Assembly: GCA_021613535.1 (NCBI GenBank)
Contig: CP075495.1
Coordinates: 11,098,001-11,162,000 of the forward strand
Direction of reading: 5' to 3'
From: Adineta vaga
Lineage: Eukaryota > Animalia > Rotifera
Length of the DNA stretch: 64,000 bases
Shown: piece after piece, positions 17,146 through 29,859 of the stretch
Position numbering within the stretch: position 1 is the first letter of the stretch
Layout of the letters: each line of letters begins with the position of its first letter
Position numbers and translations under genes: made by a program
The notes under the pieces: generated by a model
Told to the model about the DNA's origin: nothing
The model's database searches: none
Seen by the model: the letters and a program-made list of their open reading frames with translations, nothing else

Positions 17146-20100
17146 TTATAATTCTTTATAATCTCCTAGAAAAAAGAAGAAATCATTCATTTGAAAAAAT
17201 TCTTTAAATGTTATACCGTCAGTAGATGTTGCTGTTGTTGTCGTTTCATCAGTAGTAGGAACTTTCGATGTTGTTGTTGTTTTTGGTTTAGGTACAAAAC
17301 GTTGAGCTTTAGTTAAAAGAAGATTCGTTTCACGTTTTAAGGCATTAATTTTTTCATCCATATCTGTTGTTAAATGTTTTGGTGTATCTGTTGGAGTTAA
17401 TTTCGAAAATTCTTGTACTGCATGATCAAGCCATGTCTAAAAATAGTTTTTGAATGAATACAAGAGACAAAACTTTCGTTCATTCACTTACATAAGTATC
17501 TTTAATTAATTTTTCTACATGTTTTATTTCTGAATCTGTAAATGGTTTTTCTTCAATTTTATCTTTCATTGCAAATAAATTACGTGAAACGAGGAGAAAA
17601 TTTTCCGTCATATTTAATGTATCTCGAAGTTCTTGAAGTTTTTTTGGACGTAAATCAACTTCACGTATACGAAGTTTTAATGATTTAGTTAATGTTTTTA
17701 ATTCATCTAACTTTGCTTTCAATGTCTAAAATGAATTCAACAAAACAAATTGAAGAATAAGAATAGATAATTGAATAACATTACTTTAACATCAGCATTG
17801 ATTCCATCATCACCTAACCATGTATCGATTTCAGTTACTTTTTCATTGATTTTTTTCTGTTCCGAAGAAGTTGATGCTTTTTTATATTGTATATCATGTT
17901 CGAGTTTATCACGAATATCATAAATAAAAGTTTCAAGATTATTTTTTGCAGTTGAAAGTGCTGATAATTCATGATCATGTGCATCCAAAGTAGCTAATCT
18001 AAATTATTTGGGTATAAAACGAATTGGAAAAGAAAATGAAATGTTTACTTTTTCAATGAATTAGCTCGAGCATCGGATGTTGGATCAGGATAATCTAAGA
18101 CTTCAATTCGAAATTCTAATGGTTCACGAATAGGACCTGATTTTAATGTTGTATTAGGTGATGTCGTAGTTGTTGATGAATTCGTTGTTGTATTAAGAGT
18201 TGCGTCTGAATTTAAGTTTTTTGATAAAACATGTATATAATCTTTAGGTGAGGTTACCTTTCGTATCTCCGGATTTTGATGCATGCTCATTACTATCTTG
18301 CTCAGCATTATCCTAAAAGTGACAAGCGTCTATCTACATAGATTCTAGATTATAAACACCAATCTTCTTACCTTTGGTGAATCATTTGCACTTTTTGATG
18401 AGAAGAAACTTGAAATTTTACTACCAATTTCTAATTAAAAATGAAATGTCATTAACAGAATGAATTTTCAATCTTCCAAACTTACTTGATAGTGTTGATT
18501 GTTCTTCTTGTAGTTTATTATTATTCTTGTCAGATTCATTATCTTTTCCTCCAAAAACAAATTCCATCTATTTAGAAATAAGAAAAAGAAATATTTTCAA
18601 TGTCAAAATAACATCCGTTTTCTTTTCTTCCCAACATACTCGATCAAGAATGAGAAGAGAACTTTCATCTAATTGAAAATGAGCTCGAACACCTTTTGGT
18701 TCACTAATATTTCGATATTTTTCATATGTTTCGTGTACACCAGTCACATGTATTCGTGTTAATTCAGTTTGTCCAAGTGCACTATAGATAAAGACATTTT
18801 TTCTTTTCTTTGAAAATTCTTCTTTGCTTACCGTTTATCAGTCGTTGAAAGATATGTTAGATTTCCATAATGAATATCAAATGTAAAATCTTCCGTATGC
18901 TTATGAAATGTCATTAATTTTCTATTAGGATAAAGATTATTTCGATCAAATAGTATGCGATCAACACTCTTCTGATCAGAACTATCATCTTGTCGTTCAA
19001 ATTGAACATTGAAAGGATATTGATTTACATCTTTAACAAGAAATTTCTTTACACGATAACCTTTGGAAACTGTTGCAGCTTGATATGCAGCACCTAATGC
19101 AGCAGCTTCATCAGTATTTAAACTTTTTCCGAGTTCAATTCTAAAATAAAGAACAATAAAAAGAAAACAGATAGTTCAAGTTACAAAATTCAACAAACCC
19201 GCCAAGAGCTTTGGTTAATTCACTTTGAATACGTGGAATACGCGTTGAACCACCGAACAAAAGTACTTGTTGAATATCTTTCTATAAAATATTAAAGAAG
19301 AAAGTTTCTTCTTCGAATGAACAGAAGACTCGAAAGTATTTTCTTACTAAAGTAATACCGCTTGTTTGAAAAACTTCTTCAATAGGTTTTTTAACTCTTT
19401 CAAATAGATCTGTACATAGATTTTCAAATTCTTCACGTGTTATTCTTTGTTTAAAATCAATTTCATCGATGAGACCTTCCACTTGTGCTGTATATTCATT
19501 ATTAGCACTTAAGACATGTTTTGCTCGTTCCGATTCACGAAATAATTTTGCTAATGCTTTCGAATTTTTATATAAATCAATTTTCGGATGTTTTTCATGG
19601 AATTTTTTTGCAAAATAATCTCGTAGACGTATTTGAAATTCTAAACCACCTAGATCACGATCAAATGCAACGAATTTAATTGTTACTTGTGGCACTTCTT
19701 CAACGTAACCATGTTCTTTAATTTTAATTATATTATAAGTCGCTATTGTACATGTCGTAGATTGTGAACCCATATCATAGAATAAATACGTCGAACCCGT
19801 AGCATTGAAATCTTTTCGACGAAATATTCCGTAATTTAATGCAACAGCAGCATTATCATTCATTAATTGAAGTAATTTTATATTAGCTAAGTCACATGCA
19901 CGTTTCACTGCCCGTCGTTCCGATTGTGTAAAGTAAGGTGGTACAGTAATAACAGCAGCATCCACGGTTTGTTCAGCAAAATCAGTAGCATATTCACGAG
20001 CTTTTTTCAATATCATAGCAAGAAGTTCTTCGATCGTGTAAGTCGTTTCACTAAGAAAACAACAGTAACAAAATCTATAAATCAATCTCGAGCGAAATAT

Positions 20101-20634
20101 CTGAGACAGTTACCTATCATGTTCGAAAAGAAGTTCACGTGTTTGTGGATTACTTTTTAATTTATAATATGGAAATCGTTTTAAATACTGTTCGATAACA
20201 GGATTATCTAATGATTTACCAACCAATTCACGTAAGTACATATAAGATTGTGCTGGAATTTTATTGGCCTATGTAATTTTCATAAAGGAAAAAGAGTACT
20301 CTTTTTTTTCGAGAAGTAGAAACTCTTCTTACTCGAGATATAGCTGCTTCACCAAATTCGCGATCTTTACCTTTAATAGCAACAATCACTGGTGTTTTTC
20401 GACGACTTTCTCTATTCAATTTCAAATTAAATCATTGTATATAAAATAAATGAAATAAACTGGTAGTATTTACTTATTCAAGGCAATTTCCATTGGTATA
20501 CCTGGTTTCACAACACCAATTTTCATAAATTCAGTTCCAAGATCAACTGACATTACAGCATGACTATCGACGGTTAATATCATCACAGTGGTAAAAAGAA
20601 AAATACTAATAAGATATCTTTTAAAACGGATCAT
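17146..20634 (-). CDS. HYOU1: Hypoxia up-regulated protein 1 / Grp170 (ER Hsp70-family nucleotide exchange factor)
   Basis: Signal peptide, then [76 protein letters not shown]. It ends in the KDEL-like YKEL. Confidence 0.95.
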
Positions 20635-21800
20635 TATTATGATCTAAGAGAAAAGAATAATTTCAAAAGACACTTTACTCAACATTTCTCTTTTTGTCGA
20701 GACAATGATGTAAAAACTAAAAAGAAATATAGAATCCTATTAAACAGTTATTTATTTCATAAGTATTCTTGACTAATGTTAGAATATTTCTTCTTTAAAA
20801 TGAAGAACTTTTTTTGTTCTACCACATTGTTCTACTATTGTAAACCAATTTGTTTCGTTTGTAGAAAGCTAAAACGTTTATGAAATGAAATGATATAATT
20901 CCATAGCAAGATGTTTAATTCAAATCATCAGTACTACCGAAACTCACTGATTGATTATACCACGTTGAAGTCAGTTCAGTCATGTTTAGGTTGACGGATA
21001 TTATCCACGGACGGCTATCAGAATCGTGAGTATTTATAATAAAAATGAATGGAAAATCGTTGTTTTCGCGATGGAGAAAGGATCATCGAATGGTAGAGTA
21101 TCTCGATTATGCCTAACGTGCTCGTACTAATCAATTTTTATGTTCTCACAATGGAATAGAGATCGAGAAACGTCGTCAGCTATAAAGTGCGATTGTGTAC
21201 AATATTCAAGTTAATGAATGATATCAGTATGCACCTATCCCACTATTGACTGGTGAAATGCATTTCTTTACTTAAAAATAAACCTTTTTATAGTAAAGTC
21301 AATTAATATAATGAGAAAAAAGTAATAATGGTGTATTTCAACTCGGCATACCATCGTTGGTTGATTTGTCTCATTTTTTCATGAGAACTAGTCAACAAAT
21401 AAAATCTTATATCACAACCTCCAATAAAATCATATCACATAGATGGAGTAAGTTAGAATTGTTACTCTCTAATTAACAACACGTTTCCATTATTCTCAGG
21501 TACAAAGAATAACTATCGCGAATATTTTATATGATCAGAACTATCTAAGACTGATATTATTACTTCGATGCACAAAGTTAAGATCATGTCGAATGGATAA
21601 AATATTGTACTTAAAATATTTTCTTACATAAAAATAAAAGCTATATGAGAAGTTCAGAAATTTATCATCGATTCATAGAGAAAATATTTTAATTGTATCC
21701 CTGGATAGCTAAAAATAATAAGCTCTAATGCTATTCAAGTTAGATTAAATTAACGAGCTCAAATCTTTATTTAACACAAGACGTAACAGTAGCAAATGTA

Positions 21801-22135
21801 CCCAGGTCGACAAATCCGATATTGGATCCGATAGGACCCTATAGGATCCAACGTTCCGACAAAATCCTATCGGATTCCTGGTGACGGATCTGTATTGGAT
21901 TCCGTCAGTAGAATTTCCGTCGGAAGCTGCAAATTTTATGAGCGTTCTTTTTAGCTATATTTTATTGTGGTCTTATGGCCACCTGTTGGATCCGTCGAAA
22001 TCCGTTTTTTGGAAACTATAGTATCCTATGTTGGATCCGATAGGATCCGCAACCGACAGAATCCGAAGTGATTCCGTCACCAGGAATCCGATAGAATCCG
22101 GCGTGGGATCCGAGTATCGGATTGGTCGACCTGGG
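21801..22135. mobile_element. 335-bp non-autonomous TIR element (MITE), CCCAG...CTGGG termini, TA on both flanks
   Basis: Left end CCCAGGTCGACAAATCCGATA; the reverse complement of the right end is CCCAGGTCGACCAATCCGATA (1 mismatch in 21). There is an internal perfect 22-bp inverted pair (CTATCGGATTCCTGGTGACGGA), many GGATCC/ATCCG subrepeats and raised GC. Confidence 0.9.
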
Positions 22136-22259
22136 TAGTAGTGATTTGTCATATAAGATTTCGAAAGGATACTGAAGTGTTAACAGTTTTTATAAAATAC
22201 TCCTCACTGACAATGGGACACATCTTTTCATGAAACTGCGCACAACGGAAGCTTTGAAA

Positions 22260-23141
22260 GCGCACTCACAAAAAACATAATTTATGCCGATAATGAGAAT
22301 TCAGTCGAAGGTTAAATGAGTCAGCTTCGACGAGCGTTATTTATTTAATAAGTTGTTCGTACTTATTGACGCGTATATGTGGATGCATTTTGGTCGAAAT
22401 CTTAAGACGTTTCTTCGTGGATAAATCCTACAGATTATTAGTTCGAATTCTTTACAATATCTATTTTAAATACACCCACTCCCTCTAAAATGCACAACTG
22501 CAGTGCCTGGGTTGGGTTCTAAAAAAAACTGAATCTGCAGTGAAATGACTACTCTACCTGTATGGACTAGAAGTGAAGTTTATAAACTAGAGAATAATTT
22601 ACAGCGAGCGTCTGAGAATAGGCAGATCTACCGAGGGTGGGAGTTGCAGCGGGAGAGTGGGTGTAGAATGAGACTGGATTTGAAGCTGGATAGTGGGAGT
22701 GGATATAAAAGGAACTGAGCTCTACGTTGTATGTATAGCGAGACAAGACCAGCAGGGAAGAACTAATGAAGAGATGCGAAAAAGGATATAGGAGGGGCCT
22801 CAGTACGGAGGAGAAAGAGGTGTGAAAGGCAGGTAACGCGCGCTGATGCAGGGCGGGAAAGGAGGGTGTGAGTATTAGTGAGCAAAAAACTTGAATGATT
22901 TTTTTGTATATAAAGTTGCTAGATATATTTGTCCTACTATCGGCACACGCAAAAAATACCTGTTTCACAGTCGAGGATAAAGTGAGTCGGCGCGACGAGC
23001 GTTACTTGTTGTTACTGTGATCGGAATTAAGATATGTTTCGACATTATCTGAAAACTCGTCAGAGCAACAAATAGTTATTGTCGGTTTCGTCAACTCCAG
23101 CCGCTGCGCTGTCTCAATGAGTTTTTCGCACGACTGGAGTT
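22260..23141. repeat. Degenerate repeat/transposon-remnant cluster
   Basis: Imperfect ~40-bp direct repeat at 22302-22341 and 22968-23006, each preceded by a CAC-N4-AAAAAA motif. A G-rich island lies at 22600-22870 and a hairpin at 23093-23141. Confidence 0.5.
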
Positions 23142-25482
23142 ATATAATCTTTAATCTCCATATAAATGATGAAAAACACAAGAAAATAAGATGAATAAAA
23201 AACAAATCAAGACATATGTGGTAGACAACGAGAAAATATGCCAAATGAATTAACAGAAAAACAGTTTAATCATTAGCATTAATTCATGCAATGATCGATT
23301 AAGAAATGATTTTAATCTTTTCAATTGCAAAGAAATTTTTTTCAATCATTCGTGATGCTAATAATTGACGTGTTGCTTCCGAATAATTATGTAATCAAAT
23401 TTCCTAAAAAATAAAGTATTAATTCAAATTTTTTGACAAAGATACTCTTCTCTATGTTTACATATGCTGTCACATCCTCTGAAGTTTCTTCGTCAAGATC
23501 ATACTCGCGTTGTTCTTGAGGTAATTTTCGTTATGCATAAGTTTTCAAAATTAGAAAATTTTCAAAAACTGGATATGATATCCGATTATCTTTACAACAG
23601 CTTCTTTCTTAAATTAACATATATTATTGTTAAGAACGGATTTAAACAGTGTCTTAATAATTAAAATCTTTTGTTTATCGACAGTGTGTATTTCAGATAA
23701 TAAATTTGAATACAGAGAAAATTATATAATAGGTTGAAGATAGTTTGCACATTACCTTTTTACACGCATATGTGTCAACGGATTAATCTTTTTAAAGAAT
23801 ATTATTAAATTAAAAATGAAAATCTATTTTTCAAAATCATTTTACATATAGTTCAATCAATACACAATATATCTCATTTAATAACGAGAAAATATTACAT
23901 ACTATAACGAAAGAAGAAATCCTAGACGCATTCAATCATGTCTTATTGAATTGTCAATTATTGAAATTATCAATCAAGCATTGATTAACATTCTAAACCA
24001 TGAAAACAACTATTTCTGTGAATATGTCTTATGGTTCCTTCTTCTCTTCCTATATATGTACTTTTCATTGATCTATGTAAAACACTAAATTCTTTTTCTT
24101 GTTCTCTTCAATCGTAGATCTTCCATGAAATATTTACATCGTACATGGATTTTCCCGTTTTATATTGATTAGACATTCGATAAGTGATGACAGGAAAAAA
24201 AACATTATCATTCTGATCAATTCTGTTTTATATCACGTCTTACATTCCTAAGAAGCATAATCCAAGTGAACGTCTTTTTTTTGATAATCGTCTCTCATCT
24301 ATTTATTGTTGTATAAAATGTTGTGTTAGAAAGACGTTATGATAATAATTTCTACGGTTTTCTTTTATTATCACTTCGATTACTATTTATAACTAACAAT
24401 TATTGAACTTCCTCTTCGACATAAAGTATTCTCTTTGGATCGGATAACAATGAAGTAAACACATATTTGACATTACAATCTCATCATGAAAATTTTTAAT
24501 GGCGGCGTCAGGAGTGGTCTGAGAAGAGTTGAGTCCTCCTGGAATGTTTTTTAGTTTTCGTATAAAACTGATAATTCATTTTCTCTACTGTTATAATTGT
24601 ACATTGCGATCGAACCCTCGTTGTTGTATGAAAAATAAAAAACTGTTGAATTCACAGCGTATTTGACTCCTCATTGATGAAATTCAATAGATCTACATGA
24701 ATAAAAGAATACAGGATATGAATATAGATGTATTTTTTTCATCTAGGATTCATCCAATAGGAAAAAATGATTAATCAATACTACCGAGTATTATACTAGA
24801 GGAATGCTAATAGAAATGTAGATATAGAACGTGTTAGCTCCTTTCAAGCGGTGTGTTTATTTCGTTACAGTAAATACGCACACTACTACTTCTTATTAGA
24901 AGAGGAAAGAGAGTGAGAGGAATAGTGATAGAAACTACTGTTAACAGATCGAGTACTGAATCTATGAAAAGAATTTACTTTCACATAATTACTTCAGTGT
25001 CATAAGTTTTTTGTGATAAAAGAAAATTGAATTTGTCTTTATGATATTCAAGAAGATAATAAGAACAGTTAAGACTATCGTTTAAAAATTCCTATTTCAG
25101 TGTTTTTTCTTCTAAATATTCCATGTCTCGTATCACATCTCATATAAAACGATGTGAATCCGCTTTTCTTCCCTTCCAAATAATAAAGACAAATTCAGTA
25201 AACTAAAAGATGCAAATAAAACGTATCTTAATCTTATGCAACTCTATCCGATTAATAGGAAATAAAAGGAATCAATCGTGATAATTTTCTTCAGAAACTA
25301 AAGTAATTTGTCTTCATATGTCTAATATAGAATCACTATTAGTACTTCTTTTTCTTCTTCATCTTTTCTCTCCAGTTAAAATTCGTGTTTTACATTTTGC
25401 TCGAACAATTCTGGTTTGTCTGATCAAATAATACTAATTATAATTCGTTTCTTGTTGTTCTTCTAGTTATATTTTTTTAATA

Positions 25483-27000
25483 ATGACATTTTCAGTCAAA
25501 AATGAATATAAATATTATGATATGATCAATTTTGCAATGACATCAATCCTATGTGTTGTTTGTATATGTGGTGTGATTGGTAAGAAGAAAATTTTCTTTT
25601 TTTCTGTTAGCTTTAAAGAGACGTTGAAAGAAAATGTCATGATTTAGGTAATACAATTATTCTTGGTATTGGTATTTTAAGACGTAATTATCAAAATAAT
25701 GTGTCGAATTGTTATATTATGAATTTAGCAATAACGGATCTTCTTTTTCTACTTATTTCCGTACCATTAACGACGTATTTATCTGTTAAAAATGTTTGGA
25801 TATTTGGCGAATTTATGTGTAAAATGCATATTTATCTTGCCCATGTATGTACTTTAATACGAATTCAAATTTTTCTTATAAAATTTCTTCTATACAAAAG
25901 GTTCTATTACAAGCAACTTGTTATACATTGGCTGCTATGAGTATCGATCGATATTTGGCTGTTGTACATGATTTTTCCTATCGTCGTTATCGAAAACCAA
26001 AATATGCTTTAATTATATGTATACTTATCTGGATGGGTAAGATAATCTACAATATTTATGTAGAATTCTTGTTAACATCTGGGAAATCAATCGAATGTAA
26101 TGTTTTTTCTTTTTTAGTTTCTTGTATTTTTATGTTTCCATACGATTATCTATTACATACAGATATTGAAAAATCGAACCAGTCATCTGTAGAAATCGAT
26201 TGTACTGTAAATGATAATTCATTTTTTTCATCTTGTTTATTTACATTCGGATTTTATTATGTTTTACCATTGACAATTATTGGTTTATGTTATTCTCGTG
26301 TTTTATTACATGTACGACGTCATGGGACAAAAATTGCTCGACAACTTGTAAGTATTAACACGTCTTTATTCCTCTGTATTTATTAAGCTTTGTTCAATCT
26401 ATTATGAATGACTTATTAGATTATTTTCTGTTATTGCAAGTCAATTCATCAAAAAATAACTACAAAGAATCGTTGATGGATAGAAGCTTTCGTATTCTAT
26501 TCTATGAAATTGCTTTTCAAGCATACTCATTTTGGATGATAAAGTGTAGAATTCACATAGTCTATTTGCAATGGAAACTTGTCTGTAAGGAAGGAAAATA
26601 TTGTTTTACAAAGCTTTTGATATATTTCAACAAGAAATTAGGAGAATACAGTACGAAATTCAATGAATATAAGTTTTGTTAATAGTTCTCACATTTTAAA
26701 TCTAACTACTGTTATTCAATTGTTTAGTCTGGTCAAACATTTCACGCAATGCAATTTAAAAATCGTCGTGTACAACGTACTTTATTAGGTTTAACTCTTG
26801 CTTTTGCACTTTGTTGGTTACCAATACATATTCTTGAATTATTACATTGTTCAAACATTCTTTCATATACATTCTATTTAAAACATGCAGATCTCTTAAC
26901 AGTTACTCGAATCATTGCTCATGGTTTATCATATTTCAATTCATGTCTAAATCCATTTCTTTATGCTATTCTTAATAAAAGTTATTTTTCCAATAGTTAA
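25483..27000 (+). CDS. Kisspeptin/galanin/allatostatin-A-type neuropeptide GPCR, most similar to KISS1R, 5 coding exons
   Basis: NCYIMNLAITDLLFLLISVPLT, WIFGEFMCK, VLLQATCYTLAAMSIDRY, FALCWLPIH, AHGLSYFNSCLNPFLYA. Exon 3 is 25901-26036 and exon 4 is 26118-26347. Confidence 0.88.
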
Positions 27001-27183
27001 TCGATAAAAACAATTTTTCGTAAAACTTGATATAACTAATTTATAATAAGAATGAAATATAAAATTATTTATCATTTTTTTCGATTTGATAGAGTAAATA
27101 TTTAATGAAATGGCTTGTTTTTCTAAATTTACATATTAATTTTTTTAATCAAAAAAATTTAACAAAGAATATCTGAGCAAATT

Positions 27184-28357
27184 TTATTTTGAAAATTCAT
27201 AATGTCCATTTTTTCGTATATTTCCTTCTGTTATTGTAAATGAATCAATATGCCAATGACTACCAGCCACTGCTATTTTCATTTCTTCATTTTCTTTTGA
27301 TGGAGTGTTATTAAAAGTTGTTGTAATAGTATAAATTGGTGATGGAGTTGTTGGACGACTGATTGTTTGTGCATGCTCATCACCATTTTTTGGAACTGAA
27401 TATAATTTATTTGTTTCTCCACCAACAAGTATTGTATCATCGTCGTCAGCAGAACATAATGCTAGAGAATAAATGGGTGTAGGAACTGAATTATAGACAA
27501 GTAAAGGTTTTTGTTTGCTTGAAGAACCTAACATAGCTAGATGCCAAAGTGTTAATGGACATTCACCACCAATAACTAATCGATCAGTAGCCATATCGAA
27601 TGCACAACAACTAATCCATTTATTTGTTTCAATCGTATGAATTGGTTGATGAGACGAAGATGATAAATCCCATATTTTACATGTACCTATAACAAATCAA
27701 TTGTATTTGTTTATCTACCTATATATATATATATATCTCATAAAAGTATATACCATCTTCTGAACAAGAAGCAATACGTTTGCCATCATTTGCAAATGCA
27801 ATGTTATGTATTGTTCCTTGATGAGCAGCATCAATCGTTGTAACTAATGTTTGTCGTTCAATATTTAATATTCGTAATGTTCCGGTACTTGAACCAACAA
27901 TAATTTCATCAAATTTTTGTTGTTGTTGTTTTTTTGATGGTGCTTGCACGCATACAAATGTCTCATTAGGTCCACGTGCTAAATCAAATGAAAATGTATC
28001 GGATGGTAAGGATGTTAATTTTTTATTTGACATTATATCCGACCAACGATAACCTTGTACAAGTCCATTCTGATTACTACCATTGACAACAATTAACATT
28101 CCAGTTGCAGATGATGCAAGTGAAATACTATTGTTGGCATTATTCATCGATTGTGTTTGAGATGTATTAGATACATTTGTTAGAAAAATTGGTTTCATTG
28201 ATATTTGTGGAGAGGAATGAAATAATCCTAAACGGCCTTGATCATCTGCAGCAATTAAACGTATATTATCAGGCGAATATACAGCTGACATAATACAAGT
28301 ATTAATTCGATCAATACTTGTATTATATGAATCAAGATAGGCTGTTGTTGAACGCAT
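27184..28357 (-). CDS. THOC6: WD40 protein, THO complex subunit 6-like, 2 coding exons
   Basis: WD repeats (AHQGTIHNIAF...IASCSEDG|TCKIWD) and the THOC6-like WISCCAFD...LVIGGECPLTLWHL. Confidence 0.7.
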
Positions 28358-28459
28358 TATCTAAATTCAAATGTTTATCTACAAAATAGGAAAAACTTAC
28401 ATATATATATCTCTCTTATAATCATTAAAATTATTAAAAATACAATTTGTTTTATAGTA

Positions 28460-29577
28460 TTATTTTACATGTTGACGAATAAATGTAAAAAAATGTCGAT
28501 GGGCATCATTTGTTGCAAATTTACTAGCTATTGTTCCATGTGTTGTCATTCCACCAATGATATGGTATTCAACGGGATAATTATATTGACGAAATCGTTG
28601 AACAAAACGTCGTGCATCAACTTCTAAGCCCATATCAAATCGAGCAGACATGACAAGAAATGGTGGTAGGTTTTCATCTTCTTTTATATATTCAATTGGA
28701 CTATATTCAAGTATAGTTTTTCCTTCAGAATACAATAAATTGCTTGAATACAAGGCACGAAATACTAGGTTACGAAAATTATATTTTGAATCATGAGTCG
28801 GATGTGTTAATGTATAGATTCCACTCATAGCTATGACTCCACGAATAGTTTCCAATGATAAATTATGACGTTGAAAATGAGAGTTATCAAGAACTAATAA
28901 ACTAATTAAATGCGCACCAGCGGAATGACCAGATAGAAAGATTTGTTCAGGATCAGCTTGTGGATAATGCTCATGAATATGATCACGAATATAGATCAAT
29001 GCATAACATAAATCATCGACCATCTAAATCAAAAACAAATAAGAAAAGAAAATCTCTCTTCTTAACTTACATGATCAACATTCACTGGTGTTCGTACTTT
29101 ATAGAAGAAATTATAAGCATAAATAATTATCATAAAAGCAATATAGCCTGTAAATAATTGCCAGGAAAGCAATGCTAATGATATAATCATTAGAATCAAA
29201 CCAAATATCAGTGCCCATATCGAAAATGAAATAAGAGAAACACGTGCCAAACGATATGAAACGACAACACCAACAAAGCCTTGTTGAGCACAAGTTCGAC
29301 CAACACTTGGACCACCACGCCATTCATTCGTTCGACTACCACGAACCCAACCACCACCATGTACATGAACAATAATTGGAACTTTCTTTTGAGAAGTTTC
29401 ATCATTTGTCGATGATAATAAACTTTCTGGTGATGATGATGATGGAAGAAATATATCTAATTTATGATTGACATGTGCATCTGAACCAGAAAAATAAGCA
29501 ATATTACGAACGATTAAAGATGGATCATATTGTGATGTAAGATGTAACAGTCGAGCAAGATAAGATAGAGTTGACAT
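28460..29577 (-). CDS. Alpha/beta-hydrolase (HSL-like carboxylesterase) with an inserted hydrophobic hairpin, 2 exons
   Basis: KLDIFLP, HVHGGGW oxyanion motif, VSYRL, IFLSGHSAGAHL nucleophile elbow, LPPFLV, and C-terminal TTHG His. Confidence 0.9.
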
Positions 29578-29859
29578 CTAAAATTCTAAAATACATAGCT
29601 GGTATTATTTGTATAGCCAATTTTGATATAAAGAACTACTACACTCAAGATTTATTGTTTGTGAATAGTAATCAAAAACTGAAATCTTAGAAGATATTCG
29701 GCATACATCGTTTTTTTCTCTCTTGAAATTAGCATAAAAAGAAAAACGAACATGAATATAAATATCAAAATTGAATAAACGTTGATTGAGACAAAAAAAT
29801 AAATAAAATAAATCGATTATGTATTAATTTGTTCATTGAATACATATGTTGAAACTAGA

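Noticed and set aside
20840-21010. CCAAT and CCACG words upstream of HYOU1 as ER-stress elements
   Set aside because: They do not form CCAAT-N9-CCACG, ATTGG-N-CCACG or TGACGTGG with correct spacing.
21801-22135. Recurrent GGATCCGATAGGA units as a CRISPR-like array
   Set aside because: Units are irregular, occur in both orientations and are enclosed by TIRs; there are no cas genes and the context is eukaryotic.
22567-22968. 133-aa minus-strand ORF
   Set aside because: No recognisable motif; it arises from the pyrimidine-rich strand of a repeat-like island.
24499-24680. ATGGCGGCGTCAGGAG resembling a hAT-MITE end
   Set aside because: No matching inverted end or target-site duplication was found.
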